A stretch of DNA of 64,000 nt, taken from assembly GCA_016703265.1 (NCBI GenBank), contig JADJCK010000015.1:8586-72585 (forward strand). Reading direction: 5' to 3'. Source of the DNA: a bacterium (GTDB lineage Bacteria; Krumholzibacteriota; Krumholzibacteriia; LZORAL124-64-63). A model generated the notes under the pieces. It was given only the letters and a program-made list of their open reading frames with translations. It was not told the DNA's origin and did no database searches. Shown here piece after piece: positions 24,943-39,700 of the stretch; within the stretch, counting starts at the first letter, position 1, and each line of letters starts with the position of its first letter. The translations under genes were made by a program, and so were the position numbers.

Positions 24943-26074
24943 ACGCGTCGCCCTCCTGGCCCTCCTGCTCGGAGCGGCCCTGCTGGCGCCCGGGTACGCC
25001 CTCGCCGCGGATGAACACGGCCATTCGGCGCCGGCCACGGCCACGGCCACGGAGCAGCACGAGGCGGCCCCCGCCGAGGCGCACCAGGCGTCGCCGGCCG
25101 AGGCGCCCGCCACCGACCATGCCCACGGCGAGCCGGCTGAGTCCGGGCACGCGGCCACCGAACATCCGGCCACCGACGGCCACGCCGTCGATGCGGCCCA
25201 CGGCACGACCGACGCGCACGGCGCCGACGCCACGCACGGCGACGCGGCCGCGCACGGCGGCGGTCACGGCGGCGGCATGCCGCACCTGCCGAGTGCCATC
25301 ACGTTCATCTCGAAGTGGGTGCCGCAGCCGGTGGGCGAGAAGCTCGACGCGCTGAAGGATCCCATCTTCTCGTTGTTCATGGCGGCGATCATCGCCGCTT
25401 TTTTCATCTCGCTGTCGGGCAAGCTGAATGCGCGCCACCCGGGCCGCGCGCAGATGGCCGCCGAGCTGATCTTCGGCGGGCTGTATTCGCTGTTCGCGAC
25501 GATCATTGGGAGCACCGCGCGGCGCTACACGCCGTTCCTCGGTTCGATGTTCGTGTTCATCCTCTGCAACAACCTGTTCGGCCTGATCCCGCTGGGTCAC
25601 TCGTCGACCAGCAGCTTCGCCAACACCACCTTCGCGCTGGGCATGATGACGTTCCTGTACGTCCAGGGCATCGCGCTGAAGGAGAACGGCATCGGCGGGT
25701 ACCTGCACCACATGGCGGGCTCGCCGAAGACGAAGATGGACTGGGGCTTCTCGCTGCTGCTGTTCCCGCTGCACCTGCTGGGCGAGCTGATCAAGCCCGT
25801 CTCGCTGTCGCTGCGTCTGTTCGGCAACATCTTCGGCGAGGACACGCTCGTGGCCACGATGGTGCTGCTGGGCGCGGGCATCAGCTTCTCGCTCAGCGGG
25901 CAGAACCCGTGGGTGCCGGGACTGCCGCTGCAGTTCCCGTTCTATTTCCTGGGCCTGCTGTCGTGCACCATCCAGGCGCTGGTGTTCACGCTGCTGGCGA
26001 CGGTCTACATCGCGCTGTGGCTGCCCCACGGGCACCACGGTGACGAGCACGGCGAAGGCCACCACGCCCACTAG
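24923..26074 (+). CDS. atpB: F0 ATP synthase subunit a with ~115-aa His/Ala/Asp-rich N-terminal extension and His-rich C-tail
   Basis: Core LFGLIPLGHSSTS, LSLRLFGNIFGED, IQALVFTLLATVYI. N-terminal signal-like segment then repeated H-x-x-A/T/D motifs; C-terminus PHGHHGDEHGEGHHAH. Confidence 0.85.
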   Translation: MHRLKVERVALLALLLGAALLAPGYALAADEHGHSAPATATATEQHEAAPAEAHQASPAEAPATDHAHGEPAESGHAATEHPATDGHAVDAAHGTTDAHGADATHGDAAAHGGGHGGGMPHLPSAITFISKWVPQPVGEKLDALKDPIFSLFMAAIIAAFFISLSGKLNARHPGRAQMAAELIFGGLYSLFATIIGSTARRYTPFLGSMFVFILCNNLFGLIPLGHSSTSSFANTTFALGMMTFLYVQGIALKENGIGGYLHHMAGSPKTKMDWGFSLLLFPLHLLGELIKPVSLSLRLFGNIFGEDTLVATMVLLGAGISFSLSGQNPWVPGLPLQFPFYFLGLLSCTIQALVFTLLATVYIALWLPHGHHGDEHGEGHHAH

Positions 26075-26198
26075 GGCGCGGGCCTCAGCCAAGAGAACTT
26101 CGGGCGTCGGGCCCGGAATTCCGGATCGATGGCGATCCGGGACCACCGCGGGGCAACCCGCGTAAAGTGAAGACGCGCGCACGCGTTAAGGAGGAACA

Positions 26199-26429
26199 AT
26201 GGACGGCAACATTCTCGGACTGGCTCTTCCCCTCGGGCTGGGTATGGCGGCGATCGGTTCGGGCCTCGGCCTGGGCAAGGCGATCGAGGGCGGCATGAAC
26301 GCCATGGGCCGGCAGCCGGAAGCCATCGGCCAGATCCAGACGGCCATGATCATCGGTTGCGCCTTCATCGAGGCTCTGACGATCTACGCCCTGATCGCGA
26401 CCATCCTCCTGATGGGCAAGCTGGGCTGA
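26199..26429 (+). CDS. atpE: F0 ATP synthase subunit c
   Basis: 76 aa hairpin; GLGLGKAIEGGMNAMGRQPEA...FIEALTIYALI. Confidence 0.9.
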   Translation: MDGNILGLALPLGLGMAAIGSGLGLGKAIEGGMNAMGRQPEAIGQIQTAMIIGCAFIEALTIYALIATILLMGKLG

Positions 26430-26556
26430 TGACGGCTTCGGCCGAAGACCCTGGGCCGGTTTCTGCGTGCGCGGCAGTGATCGCGGGGGGCGGCTTCGCC
26501 GCCCCTCCAAGCCGCGGCGGCGTGCGTGAGAGAAGGTCGACCGGAAGGTACCCATC

Positions 26557-27060
26557 ATGGATTTCGTGACACCAAACATCACCAATCTGCTGACCACGGC
26601 GGTCGGCTTCATCCTCTTCGTGTGGGTGTTGGCCAAGTTCGCCTGGGGGCCGATCCTCAACCTGCTGGACGCCCGGCGCCAGAAGATCGAGGGCGACTAC
26701 ACGGCGGCCGAGAAGAATCTCGCCGACTCCGAGCAGTTGAAGGGTGAGTTCGAGAGCAAGCTCGCCGACATCAAGTCCATCGAGCGCGAGCGCGTGCAGG
26801 AAGCGGTCAAGCGCGGTGAAGGCATCGCCGACGGCATCGTGCACAAGGCGCACGCCGACGCCGCGTCCACCGTGGCGAAGGCCGAGCAGGACATCGAGGT
26901 CGAGGCCCACAAGGCCCAGTTGCAGCTGCGCGACTCGGTGGTGGCCATGGCGATCGGTGCGGCCGAGAAGGTCATCGGCACCAAGATGGACGATGCGATG
27001 CACCGCAAGCTGATCACCGACTACATCGACGAGCTGGACAAGACCGGGAGCGGAGCCTGA
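26557..27060 (+). CDS. atpF: F0 ATP synthase subunit b
   Basis: N-terminal TM helix, then long charged coiled coil; position in operon. Confidence 0.8.
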   Translation: MDFVTPNITNLLTTAVGFILFVWVLAKFAWGPILNLLDARRQKIEGDYTAAEKNLADSEQLKGEFESKLADIKSIERERVQEAVKRGEGIADGIVHKAHADAASTVAKAEQDIEVEAHKAQLQLRDSVVAMAIGAAEKVIGTKMDDAMHRKLITDYIDELDKTGSGA

Positions 27061-27611
27061 TGCGCGACCGCAGGGTAGCCGGACGTTACGCGGAGGCGCT
27101 GCTGCGCACGGCCAAGCCGGCGGGAACGCTGGTCGCGTGCGCCGAGTCGTACGCGGGCGTGCTCGAGGTCATGGCGGCCAGCCGTGAGCTGGTCATCTTC
27201 CTCGACAGTCCGCAGGTGCGCGAGCAGGAGAAGAAGGAAGTCCTGAAGAAGGTCTTCGGGCCGCACCTGGAACCGGTGCTGCTGGACTTCTTCAACCTGC
27301 TGCTCGACCGCAACCGCATCGAGCTGTTGCGCGACATCGGCACCGTGTTCGCCGAACTGGTCGAGGCCGACCAGGGCCTGGTGCGGGTGGGCGTGGTCAC
27401 GGCCATCGCGCTGCCGGCCGACCTGGAGACGAAGCTGCGCGACAAGCTGGCACACGTGACGGGCAAGTCCGTCATCCTGGATAAGAAGGTCGATCCGGCG
27501 GTCATCGGCGGGGTGCGCGTCACCCTGGGCGATCGCGTCATCGACGGCACGGTGCGCACGAACCTGGACCGCCTGCGCAAGACGCTGGCCACTGCCCAGG
27601 TGCGGGGTTGA
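27060..27611 (+). CDS. atpH: F1 ATP synthase subunit delta
   Basis: RYAEALL.., C-terminal IIGGVRVTLGDRVIDGTVRTNLDRL; TGATG junction with atpF. Confidence 0.85.
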   Translation: MRDRRVAGRYAEALLRTAKPAGTLVACAESYAGVLEVMAASRELVIFLDSPQVREQEKKEVLKKVFGPHLEPVLLDFFNLLLDRNRIELLRDIGTVFAELVEADQGLVRVGVVTAIALPADLETKLRDKLAHVTGKSVILDKKVDPAVIGGVRVTLGDRVIDGTVRTNLDRLRKTLATAQVRG

Positions 27612-27647
27612 CGACCCGTCACGCGGGATTCAACGAGGAGACCGGAA

Positions 27648-29153
<1,506 letters not shown>

Positions 29154-29186
29154 GACTCGCAGGCGCGCGTAAGCGGGAGGTCACCG

Positions 29187-31576
<2,390 letters not shown>

Positions 31577-31579
31577 ACG

Positions 31580-31996
31580 ATGGCCAGGAGCTTCAAGGTC
31601 ATCATCGTCACCCCCGATCGCACCGCCTTCGAGGGCGAGGCGGTCTCCGCCACCTTCCCGGGTTCGGCCGGCTATCTCGGCGTGTGGGCCAACCACGCAC
31701 CGCTGGTCGCCGCCGTCCTGCCCGGCCTGGTGACGCTGCGGCTCGACGATGCCGGCAACGAACAGAAGCTGGCCGTGGGCGCCGGCTTCCTCGAGATCTC
31801 CGACAACGTGGTCAACCTCATGACCGACACCTGCGAACTGTCGAGCGAGATCGACGTGGCCCGCGCGCAAAAGGCCCTCGAACGCGCGCGGGCACGGCTG
31901 ACCTCGATGGATTTGGACCTCGATCGCGAACGGGCGCGTCTGGCGCAGTCGCGGGCGCAGGCACGGATCAAGGCGGCGGGGCGCGGGGCGCGGTAG
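31580..31996 (+). CDS. atpC: F1 ATP synthase subunit epsilon
   Basis: 138 aa; VIIVTPDRTAFEGEAVSATFPGSAGYLGVWANHAPL; last gene of the operon. Confidence 0.85.
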   Translation: MARSFKVIIVTPDRTAFEGEAVSATFPGSAGYLGVWANHAPLVAAVLPGLVTLRLDDAGNEQKLAVGAGFLEISDNVVNLMTDTCELSSEIDVARAQKALERARARLTSMDLDLDRERARLAQSRAQARIKAAGRGAR

Positions 31997-32036
31997 GCGC
32001 GCGGCGCATGCGGTTGAATGGTGGATGCGGCCGGCT

Positions 32037-32072
32037 CCCGTTGGGGGCCGGCCGCCTTTTTTCGTTCCAGGG
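32037..32072 (+). terminator. intrinsic terminator after atpC
   Basis: GCGGCCGGCTCCC-GTTG-GGGGCCGGCCGC stem-loop followed by C and TTTTTT. Confidence 0.8.
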
Positions 32073-32224
32073 GTTCGCGCCTTGACCCGAGCCTGCGCCC
32101 GAGACCCCACGGCTTCGGCCACGGCCCGTATTGACGCCAAGAGGAGTAAAATGGTATGCTTTGGGCTCCTCCGGAAAGACGGGCCCTGAAGGTCCGCCAC
32201 CCGGGACCACGCAGCGATGGAGAG

Positions 32225-33721
32225 ATGAACATGCGACGAATGATCAGCCTGTGCGCCCTGGTCGTGATGTCGGTCGTGGGCGTGGCTGCGGCGTCCACGG
32301 AGAATCTGCTCCCGGTCCGGGAAGGCGCATCGATCCCGGCGCCGCAGGCGCCGCGCGCCCAGCCGCCGCTGGATATCACGGGGGGCAAACTCCTCCCGGT
32401 GGGCGATGGCTCCATGCCTGTAGCGCGTCCCGAGCCGGCCCCGCACGCGGTCGAGTCGACCGTCGGCCAACTCCCGGTCGACGAGGCGGCGGGCTCCGGT
32501 CGCCAAAGCTCAGACAAGTCGGGCGCCGCGCCCCAGGTGATGGACGACCATTTCACCGTACAGGCCGGCTCGACGCTCGCAATCGCCGCCGCTGCGGGCT
32601 TCCTGGTCAACGACTACGATCCCGAGGGCGATGCCGTGATAGCCACGGCGATCTCGCACTTTGTCGATAACGGTTCCCTGTCGGCGTTCACCGATGGCAG
32701 CTTCAACTACACCCCGGTCGCGGGATTCACCGGCTACGACTACTTCGACTACCAGGTCACCGATGGCACCAACAACGCGGAGATCGGCAGGGTCCACTTC
32801 CACGTGGTGGCCACCGACCGGCCGCCCCTGGCGCTGGGCGAAGCCTACGCCGTCGCCATGAATGCACCGTTGGCGATCGCGGCTGCGGCAGGCTTCCTGG
32901 TCAATGACTTCGACCCCGACGGCGACGCCGTTGCGGCGATCACGATCCCCGACGATGTCGATTACGGCACCTTGTCTGCCTATACCGACGGCCAGTTCAC
33001 CTACACTCCCAACCCGAACTTCACGGGAACCGACAGCTTCAGCTATCAGATCTCGGCCAACGGCCTGAGCGCCATCGCCACGGTCACGTTGACCGTGTAC
33101 GAACCCAACCGGGCTCCGATTGCCACCGCGGACTACTATTACGCGCCGATCAGCGGCTCGATCGCCATTCCCGCCGCGGCGGGCCTGTTCCGGAACGACC
33201 TCGATCCGGATGGCGATGTGTTCTTCGCGACCATCATCTCCGACCTCGTCGATTACGGCACGCTGTTGGCGTACACGGACGGCCACTTCAGCTACACGCC
33301 CACGCCCGGCTATTCCGGCATCGACCGGTTCACCTACCAGATCGGGGACGTCAACGGCGCATCGGCGTCCGCCACGGTGACGATCTTCGTCGGCGTCACT
33401 TCGGATCCGGCCTCGCCGGTTCCCCTGCCGCCCGCCGATGGCCAGCGGTTCGGCATGAGCCTGCCGACACCGAACCCCTTCAACCCGACCACGCGGATCG
33501 ATTTCCGGGTCGACGGCACGGCCCGCACGGCCATGCGCGTGTTCGACCTGCGCGGGGCCCTGGTCCGGACCCTCGTGGATGAGGACCTTCCGGCCGGCGA
33601 TCACACGGTCCAGTGGGACGGCAGGGACGATCAGGGCGTGGAGATGGCGAGCGGGGCCTACTTCGTCGCCCTGGTGAGCGGGTCGGATCTCACGAGCCGG
33701 AAGATTGCGCTCGTGAAGTAA
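32225..33721 (+). CDS. secreted protein with four tandem ~95-aa Ig/cadherin-like repeats and a FlgD-Ig/T9SS-like C-terminal domain
   Basis: Signal peptide MNMRRMISLCALVVMSVVGVAAA; 4x (AAAGFLVND.DP.GD......I.D.VDYGTL.AYTDG.F.YTP..GF.G.D.F.YQ); tail NPFNPTTRIDF...VFDLRGALVRTL..AGDHTVQWDGRDDQG..ASGAYF. Confidence 0.75.
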   Translation: MNMRRMISLCALVVMSVVGVAAASTENLLPVREGASIPAPQAPRAQPPLDITGGKLLPVGDGSMPVARPEPAPHAVESTVGQLPVDEAAGSGRQSSDKSGAAPQVMDDHFTVQAGSTLAIAAAAGFLVNDYDPEGDAVIATAISHFVDNGSLSAFTDGSFNYTPVAGFTGYDYFDYQVTDGTNNAEIGRVHFHVVATDRPPLALGEAYAVAMNAPLAIAAAAGFLVNDFDPDGDAVAAITIPDDVDYGTLSAYTDGQFTYTPNPNFTGTDSFSYQISANGLSAIATVTLTVYEPNRAPIATADYYYAPISGSIAIPAAAGLFRNDLDPDGDVFFATIISDLVDYGTLLAYTDGHFSYTPTPGYSGIDRFTYQIGDVNGASASATVTIFVGVTSDPASPVPLPPADGQRFGMSLPTPNPFNPTTRIDFRVDGTARTAMRVFDLRGALVRTLVDEDLPAGDHTVQWDGRDDQGVEMASGAYFVALVSGSDLTSRKIALVK

Positions 33722-33823
33722 GGTCGCCGGGGTCGTCCGTTTCCCTCCATGGCCGACTCCCCGCGCCCGCGCTACCATGTCAGCCACGCGATCCTACCAC
33801 CATGTCCGCACAAGGAGCCCACG

Positions 33824-34327
33824 ATGAGCCGCACCGTGACTCTCGGTGGCAACCCCATCGAGGTTGCCGGCACGTTCCCGACGAAGGGCGCCAAGGCGCC
33901 CGCCTTCAGCCTGGTCGCCAAGGACCTGGCCGACACCGCGCTGGCGACGTTCGCCGGCAAGCGGAAGGTCCTGAACATCTTCCCCAGTCTCGACACGGCC
34001 GTGTGCGCCACCTCGGTGCGCAAGTTCAACGCGGCGGCCAACGAGCTGACGAACACCGTGGTGCTGTGCATCTCGGCCGACCTGCCGTTCGCGCAGTCGC
34101 GCTTCTGCGGCGCCGAGGGCCTGGACAACGTGCTGACGCTCTCGACGCTGCGCGGCCGCTCGTTCCTGCAGGACTACGGCGTGGCCATCACCAGCGGCCC
34201 CTTGTCCGGGCTGGCCGCGCGCGCGGTCGTCGTGCTCGACGCGAACGACACCGTGCTGCACGCCGAACTGGTGCCGGAGATCAAGCAGGAGCCGGACTAC
34301 GCGGCGGCGCTGTCGGTCCTTGCCTGA
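33824..34327 (+). CDS. tpx: thiol peroxidase
   Basis: [70 protein letters not shown]. Confidence 0.93.
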   Translation: MSRTVTLGGNPIEVAGTFPTKGAKAPAFSLVAKDLADTALATFAGKRKVLNIFPSLDTAVCATSVRKFNAAANELTNTVVLCISADLPFAQSRFCGAEGLDNVLTLSTLRGRSFLQDYGVAITSGPLSGLAARAVVVLDANDTVLHAELVPEIKQEPDYAAALSVLA

Positions 34328-34395
34328 GGCGCTTTGGGCGGGTGCTGGCGGAACTGGCCGCTCAGCGTTGGGTTGAAGAGAGGTTGCGGCCGGCT

Positions 34396-34434
34396 CCCGG
34401 TGGGGGCCGGCCGCCTTCTGTTGTCCCGTTGGAC
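34396..34434 (+). terminator. terminator-like hairpin after tpx (near-identical copy of the atpC terminator stem)
   Basis: GCGGCCGGCTCCC-GGTG-GGGGCCGGCCGC followed by CTTCTGTTGT (weak U-tract). Confidence 0.55.
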
Positions 34435-34486
34435 CGCGGCCTGCCCCGACATCGGCGTGCATCGGCGCGGGCCTTCATGTGCCGAG

Positions 34487-34538
34487 ACTTGCGCCGGCGC
34501 AAGTCTCACGGCATCGCCACGGTTGCGCCGGCGCAACA
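34487..34538. repeat. double-palindrome repeat, copy J
   Basis: ACTTGCGCCGGCGCAAGT - CTCACGGCATCGCCACG - GTTGCGCCGGCGCAAC. Confidence 0.9.
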
Positions 34539-34689
34539 TGCCGCCGGCACCACGGCATCCTGCCGCCTGCGACACCACAGTGATCGACGACTGCCGGCGC
34601 GGGCGACAAGAGTTCAGCCTGTCGCGGTCCCTGGGCTCAGGCAATACGAACCGGACGAAGGATTGCCGGGTGCATCCTCGCCATCACGG

Positions 34690-36013
34690 GAGTCAGCACG
34701 GCGGTCGGCCTGCGGTCGATGGGTACGAGATCGATATCGACGGCGAGGGCGACCCGGTCGAGCGGGCCTACCAGCGCAGTGACCAGCGGCGGTACCACGT
34801 GCCGTGTCCGATCTGCGGCGTGGTGGCGCCGATCCTGTGGCAGAACTTCGAATGGCCGGACGGGCAACCGGAGCAGGCGGCTTTGCGTTGCGAGTCGTGC
34901 CAGGCCCTCCTTCCGAACATCACAAGACCGCCATGCTGGAACACGGCCGGTGGGTGGCCCAGGCCGAAGGCGATGGGGTCACAGCGGGGTATCACCTGTC
35001 GGCGCTGTATTCGCCGCTGGGATGATATGCGTGGGGCGAGATGGCGCGGGACTTCCTGAACGCCAAGCACGATGGTCCCGAGAAACTGAAGACCTGGATC
35101 AACACCTGCCTGGGCGAGACCTGGGAGGAGTCGGGTGAGGTCATCAACCAGGACAGTCTCATGGGCCAGGCGCGAGCACTACCCGGCCGTGGTGCCCCTG
35201 CCGGTGCTCGTGCTGACTGCGGGGGTGGATGTGCAGGACGACCGGCTCGAGGTCGAAGTGTGCGGCTGGCGCACGGGCGAGGAGTCGTGGGGGATCTCGT
35301 ACCGTGTTCTGTGGGGCGATCCTGCGGCGGCTCCGGTCTGGCGGCAGCTCGATGATGTGCTGTCGGCGACCTGGGAGCGCGAGGACGGGCTCAACATGCG
35401 GATCGTGCAGTGCTGTATCGACTCGGCAGGGCATCGCACAGAGGCCGTCTATCGGTACGTGAAGCCGCGGCAGGTGCGCGGCGTGTATGCAACCGTTGGC
35501 CGGGCAGGCGTGGGGCGGCCGATCATCTCGGCTCCGTCCAACCGCAAGCAGGGGCAGGCGCCGCTACCGGTGAAGCTGTTCACGGTCGGGGTCGACGAGG
35601 CCAAAGGCATTCTCTACTCGCGGCTCAAGGAGGAGACGCCTGGGCCTGGGTACTGCCACTTCCCTGAAGGCGATGGATACGAGCAGGAGTACTTCAAGCA
35701 GCTGACGGCGGAGAAGCGCGTGATCAGGTACACGAAGGGGTTTCCGAAGGCGGAGTGGATCAAGACGCGGGCACGGAACGAGGCGCTCGATTGTCGGGTG
35801 CAGGCGCATGCGGCGCTTTGCTTGCTGAATCCGTTGTGGAAGGCTGTGGAGAAGAATCTGGCGCCCAGGTTGCCGTTTCCGGAGCAGGCGATTGCGGAGC
35901 CGTCCGACGGCACAGTTGCGAGGCATCCGATTGGCATGGTACGGCTGGCGAATAGTGAGCAGCTGCGGAGGATCGCGGCGCGGGATTCATGGGTGACGCG
36001 GCGCAGACGATAG
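34690..36013 (+). pseudogene. phage terminase large subunit (GpA family) remnant: N-terminal ATPase part missing, at least 3 frame breaks
   Basis: ERAYQRSDQRRYHVPCPICG...LRCESCQAL (frame 1), HHKTAMLEHGRWVAQ..GYHLSALYSPLG (frame 2), ARDFLNAKHDGPEKLKTWINTCLGETWEE (frame 3), VLVLTAGVDVQDDRLEVEVCGW...IDSAGHRTEAVY...FTVGVDEAKGILYSRL...QLTAEKRV...RNEALDC (ORF 35135..36013). Confidence 0.75.
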
Positions 36014-36720
36014 GATCCAGAGCATAGATCGAGCACCATGAGACCGGGGCATACTCTGGCCGCACTCGGTCCTTGAAAATGCTTGGTCGTCGAAATGGCG
36101 AGTAGGCTGTCGTAAGAAGCTCATTCGTGTCGGCGCTTGCGGCGCTCGATGGCTTCCCTCGCATCCAGCAGGTGAGTGATGGTGTGATCTCTGATCAAAT
36201 CGTAATGCGTCGGTGGCAATTGTGTCCCGCATCGAGCCGCACAAAAAAGTATCCGCGAATTTCAAAGAAATGTTGCACCCGAATCGCCCTAGAATGGCCT
36301 TTTATCTATGCAGCCGATCACCAGAGTGATTCGAATGGTGGACCCGCGATTCGAGGCGGTTGGCTGCAAATGAAGAACTTACGCGGAAAGTCCGGTGCGG
36401 TCAGCATTGGACATTGAAGTGCGCGCCGCAGAGCGGCAGGCTCAACGTTGGGCCAGCGCTTCGAATCTCACGCGGCAGAATGGTCGCAAGCGCCCATGGT
36501 TGGTACCGTGATGGGAAATGCACTCGCCTCCATTTGATGGCGACAACCGAGTCCCGTCTCGGCGGAAGATGTGGCCATGATGAGAGCGCGCTCAGAAGCA
36601 TGTGTCGTAGTCGCGAAAACGGGATCCGCCTTTGGCGGGTCGCCGGGCTGTCCGGGAAACAGGGACCACCTCTGGGACGTCGAAACGCATCCGCTACCGC
36701 CAGCATGAAGTGGAGGAACG

Positions 36721-39700
36721 ATGAAATACTTCAGTCGTGGCAATCGCAGAAACTCCGGCGCTTGGGCTTCGGGCGAAACGTGGGTCTACGCTGCGAAGTG
36801 TGCGCCGGCAGTGATCGCGTTAATCGCGATGCTTCTTATTACTCCTGGCGTATTCGCAGAGGGGTCATGGGGTTTTGTTGATCTCATTGTGACTTTTGAG
36901 TCGACTGATATCGACCGCACGCCAGCAATCGACGGCGCGACTCTGCGAATTGATGGTGTCGGCAAATCTACGAGCATTGGCGCACTGACGCGAGTCATTT
37001 CCTGTAAGCCATTGGTTGCGGATCAGTTGTCGCCAGAGTTTTCCTTCTCGGGGCCTTGGATGATAACGGTGTTCACATCGGAAAGCCCGGAATCGCTGCT
37101 CCAGGCTGTTCTGCTCGAATCATCCGTCGCCAAGGCAATGCTCCAACAGGACGCCGGTGAGTTCGCAAGTGAGCGAACTCTCGCGTACTTTCCCGACGAC
37201 GATCATGATCTCTTTTGCAGCGCGCAGTCACAGTTGCACCGCAGAGTCGTAACTGAGGTGCCTTTGGCTGGCGACGAATGTGGGCCGAGTAGGCCAGCGC
37301 CCGATTGTGACATGGATCTGCCGCAAGCCTGGGGCATCAGCCGTGGAGATTCCAGTATTGTCGTGGCCGTAATTGACGGCGGGTTCGACCTATTTCATCC
37401 GGGACTAGGAGGGCCCGGACCGGATTTCGCAGTGACCGATTCTCTCGCGTGGTACAATCGCGGGATATGGTATCGCAACTGGCGCGAAGTCATTGGTCAG
37501 TTTCCGGCTGATACTGACACCTTCCCCGGTATCGGCGGGGTGGACGAGGACAACAATGGCGTCACGGATGAAGATGCCTGGGGCAATCTACCCGGCGAGC
37601 CCCGCGAAGCCGATCCTTCGGTCCATCGCTGGACCTCAATCGGAGCATATACGTTCACTAACACGAACGCTCAGTGGGAGGCCGATGAATTCGTCGGTAT
37701 GCGCCTTTACCTTACCGAAAAACCCTACACCAGTGATGGTGTCTACGAACTGATCAGGTCTAATACCGCAACCGAAATCACAACATGGGGAACTTATGTT
37801 ATCGACTTGATGGTTGCCAATGGTTTCAACGGGTGGGAGTATCTGAGTAGAGGCAACGGTCGCGTGCAGTTCAAGATTTGCGATGGGGAGGATCAGGATG
37901 GGGACGGTGAGGTCGACGACTTCGGTTATGTTGGGAGTCCCTATGATGACGACGAAAATGGATACGAAGACGATGTGCGCGGATGGGACTTCGTTGCTTC
38001 TTCGAGAATGCTTCTTGGGCCAGTCTTGAGCTGTGATCGAGAGGACTATTGCACCGCAGACAATGATCCGAGATCCATGTGGGATCATGGTACGTCGGTC
38101 GCCAGCCAAGTGGCAACGGTAGAAACAGATGGGCGCATGATGGGGGTCGCGCCCAAGGTAAAGATTCTACCAGTGCGCGTCGGGTGCATTCTCTCGTGTG
38201 GAACTGAGCTTCAAACATATTCACCGTACAAAGGATTGGGAATCGACTACGCACGGAAAATGGGGGCCGACATCATTTCAATCTCTGTCCCGCCCAATCG
38301 CTTGGAGGGTATTCCTAGTTTCCCCCACGATGAGGTACGCCGGGCACTTGACGCCGGAATCGTCGTTGTAGCGGGAGCCGGCAACGAGGTTTTCGAGGCA
38401 GACGTTGTGGGAGTGGAAGAAGTCGTGTGGGTTGCAGGTCTGGAAACCAACGATGTGAGATGGGACTGGGAGGATGATGGAGAGAGCAACTACGGTGCAT
38501 GGGTGGATGTTGCTGCGCTAGCAGCTCCGGTGACTATGGCGGTATGGGGAGCCTTGCCATATCCGGGTAGCCTGAACGGTTGGCTGCAGCCCAGTGAGTG
38601 GCACACGTATGGATATGAGCCCCTTGACCCACCCGTGCATACGGCTCACGGAGGGTTTGGAACCTCGTTGTCTGTACCCATGGTTGCCGGTGTTGCCGCG
38701 CTCGTGAAGTCGACCTATCCACATTGGACGCGCAGCGAAATCGTCAACAAGATTTCCGTAAGCACTGACAACATCTACGGCGACGGTCTCAACGACCGGG
38801 ACCTCACTTGGCTTGGGAATGGTCGTGTGAATGCTTACAGGGCACTGACCTTTTACGGCAACTTACCGGCCGCGAGCGACACAACATGGGCCCACAACAT
38901 CTGGATCGGCGGCGACGTCGAGGTCCCCGAGGGGCGCACGCTGACCATCGCGGCCGGCGACACCGTTCGCGTGGCGATTGACGACCTACTCCATGCTGGC
39001 GCGAATCCGAATGAGATCGAGTTCGTGATCGACGGCGCATTGCATGTGAATGGCACGCCGTCCGCCCCGGTAGTGTTCGAGTCCTTCGGCGGGTCGCATC
39101 ACAGGTGGCTGGTGGGCGAAGCGATCACCATCTCTGGGGAGACATTCACCATCGGTGGTTTGGGCTGTGCCCAGATTGCCTCAGACGCAAATTCGCCTTT
39201 GATGCCTGGTGTCAGCTCCGCGTCGCAAGTGTTCTCAGTCGAGATCACGCATGTCGCGGCGTTGGACTCGGTCAAGGTCGACCTATCTGGCCTGGGCCTG
39301 AATGCAACGACCCTTCATCTGCGCGACGACGGCCAAGGCGAAGACATCGTTGCAGCCGACGGAATCTACACATCGGCTCCCTTCGCTGCGATGCTCTCGG
39401 TGGGGAATGGCTATTCGGTTGACGTCACTGCGTATGCATCAGGTGGCGGTTACAGGCGGCGTAGCGTGGCCGTTGAGGTGCCGCAGGTTGTGGCGAAGTT
39501 TACGGATGTGTCTTCGCAGACGGGGCTGGACTATCAGGGTACGCCATTTAGTGCAGCGAGCGCGAAGATGAGTGCTGATAGCGGAATGATTGTGACCACG
39601 TCCGATCAAGAAGCGCCAACTTATGACCGAATCGAAGTGCTGCCCACGGGAGCTCCGCGCTTCTCTGCACGCGGATTCGCTGCTTCTCCGATTGGGGGGC

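Noticed and set aside
35987-36265. Small minus-strand ORFs after the terminase remnant (for example a frame reading ..CAARCGTQLPPTHYDLIRDHTITHLLDAREAIERRKRRHE)
   Set aside because: It is protein-like in composition, but it lacks a start codon, is under 50 aa and matches no recognisable family. It is probably another prophage gene fragment and is not reportable as a feature.
36455-36480. TTCGAATC-containing stretch in the non-coding 36.0-36.7 kb region looked like a possible tRNA T-arm, which would give an island integration site
   Set aside because: Flanking sequence cannot be folded into acceptor, D and anticodon arms. There is no GTTC-type T-loop with a matching acceptor stem, so no tRNA is supported.
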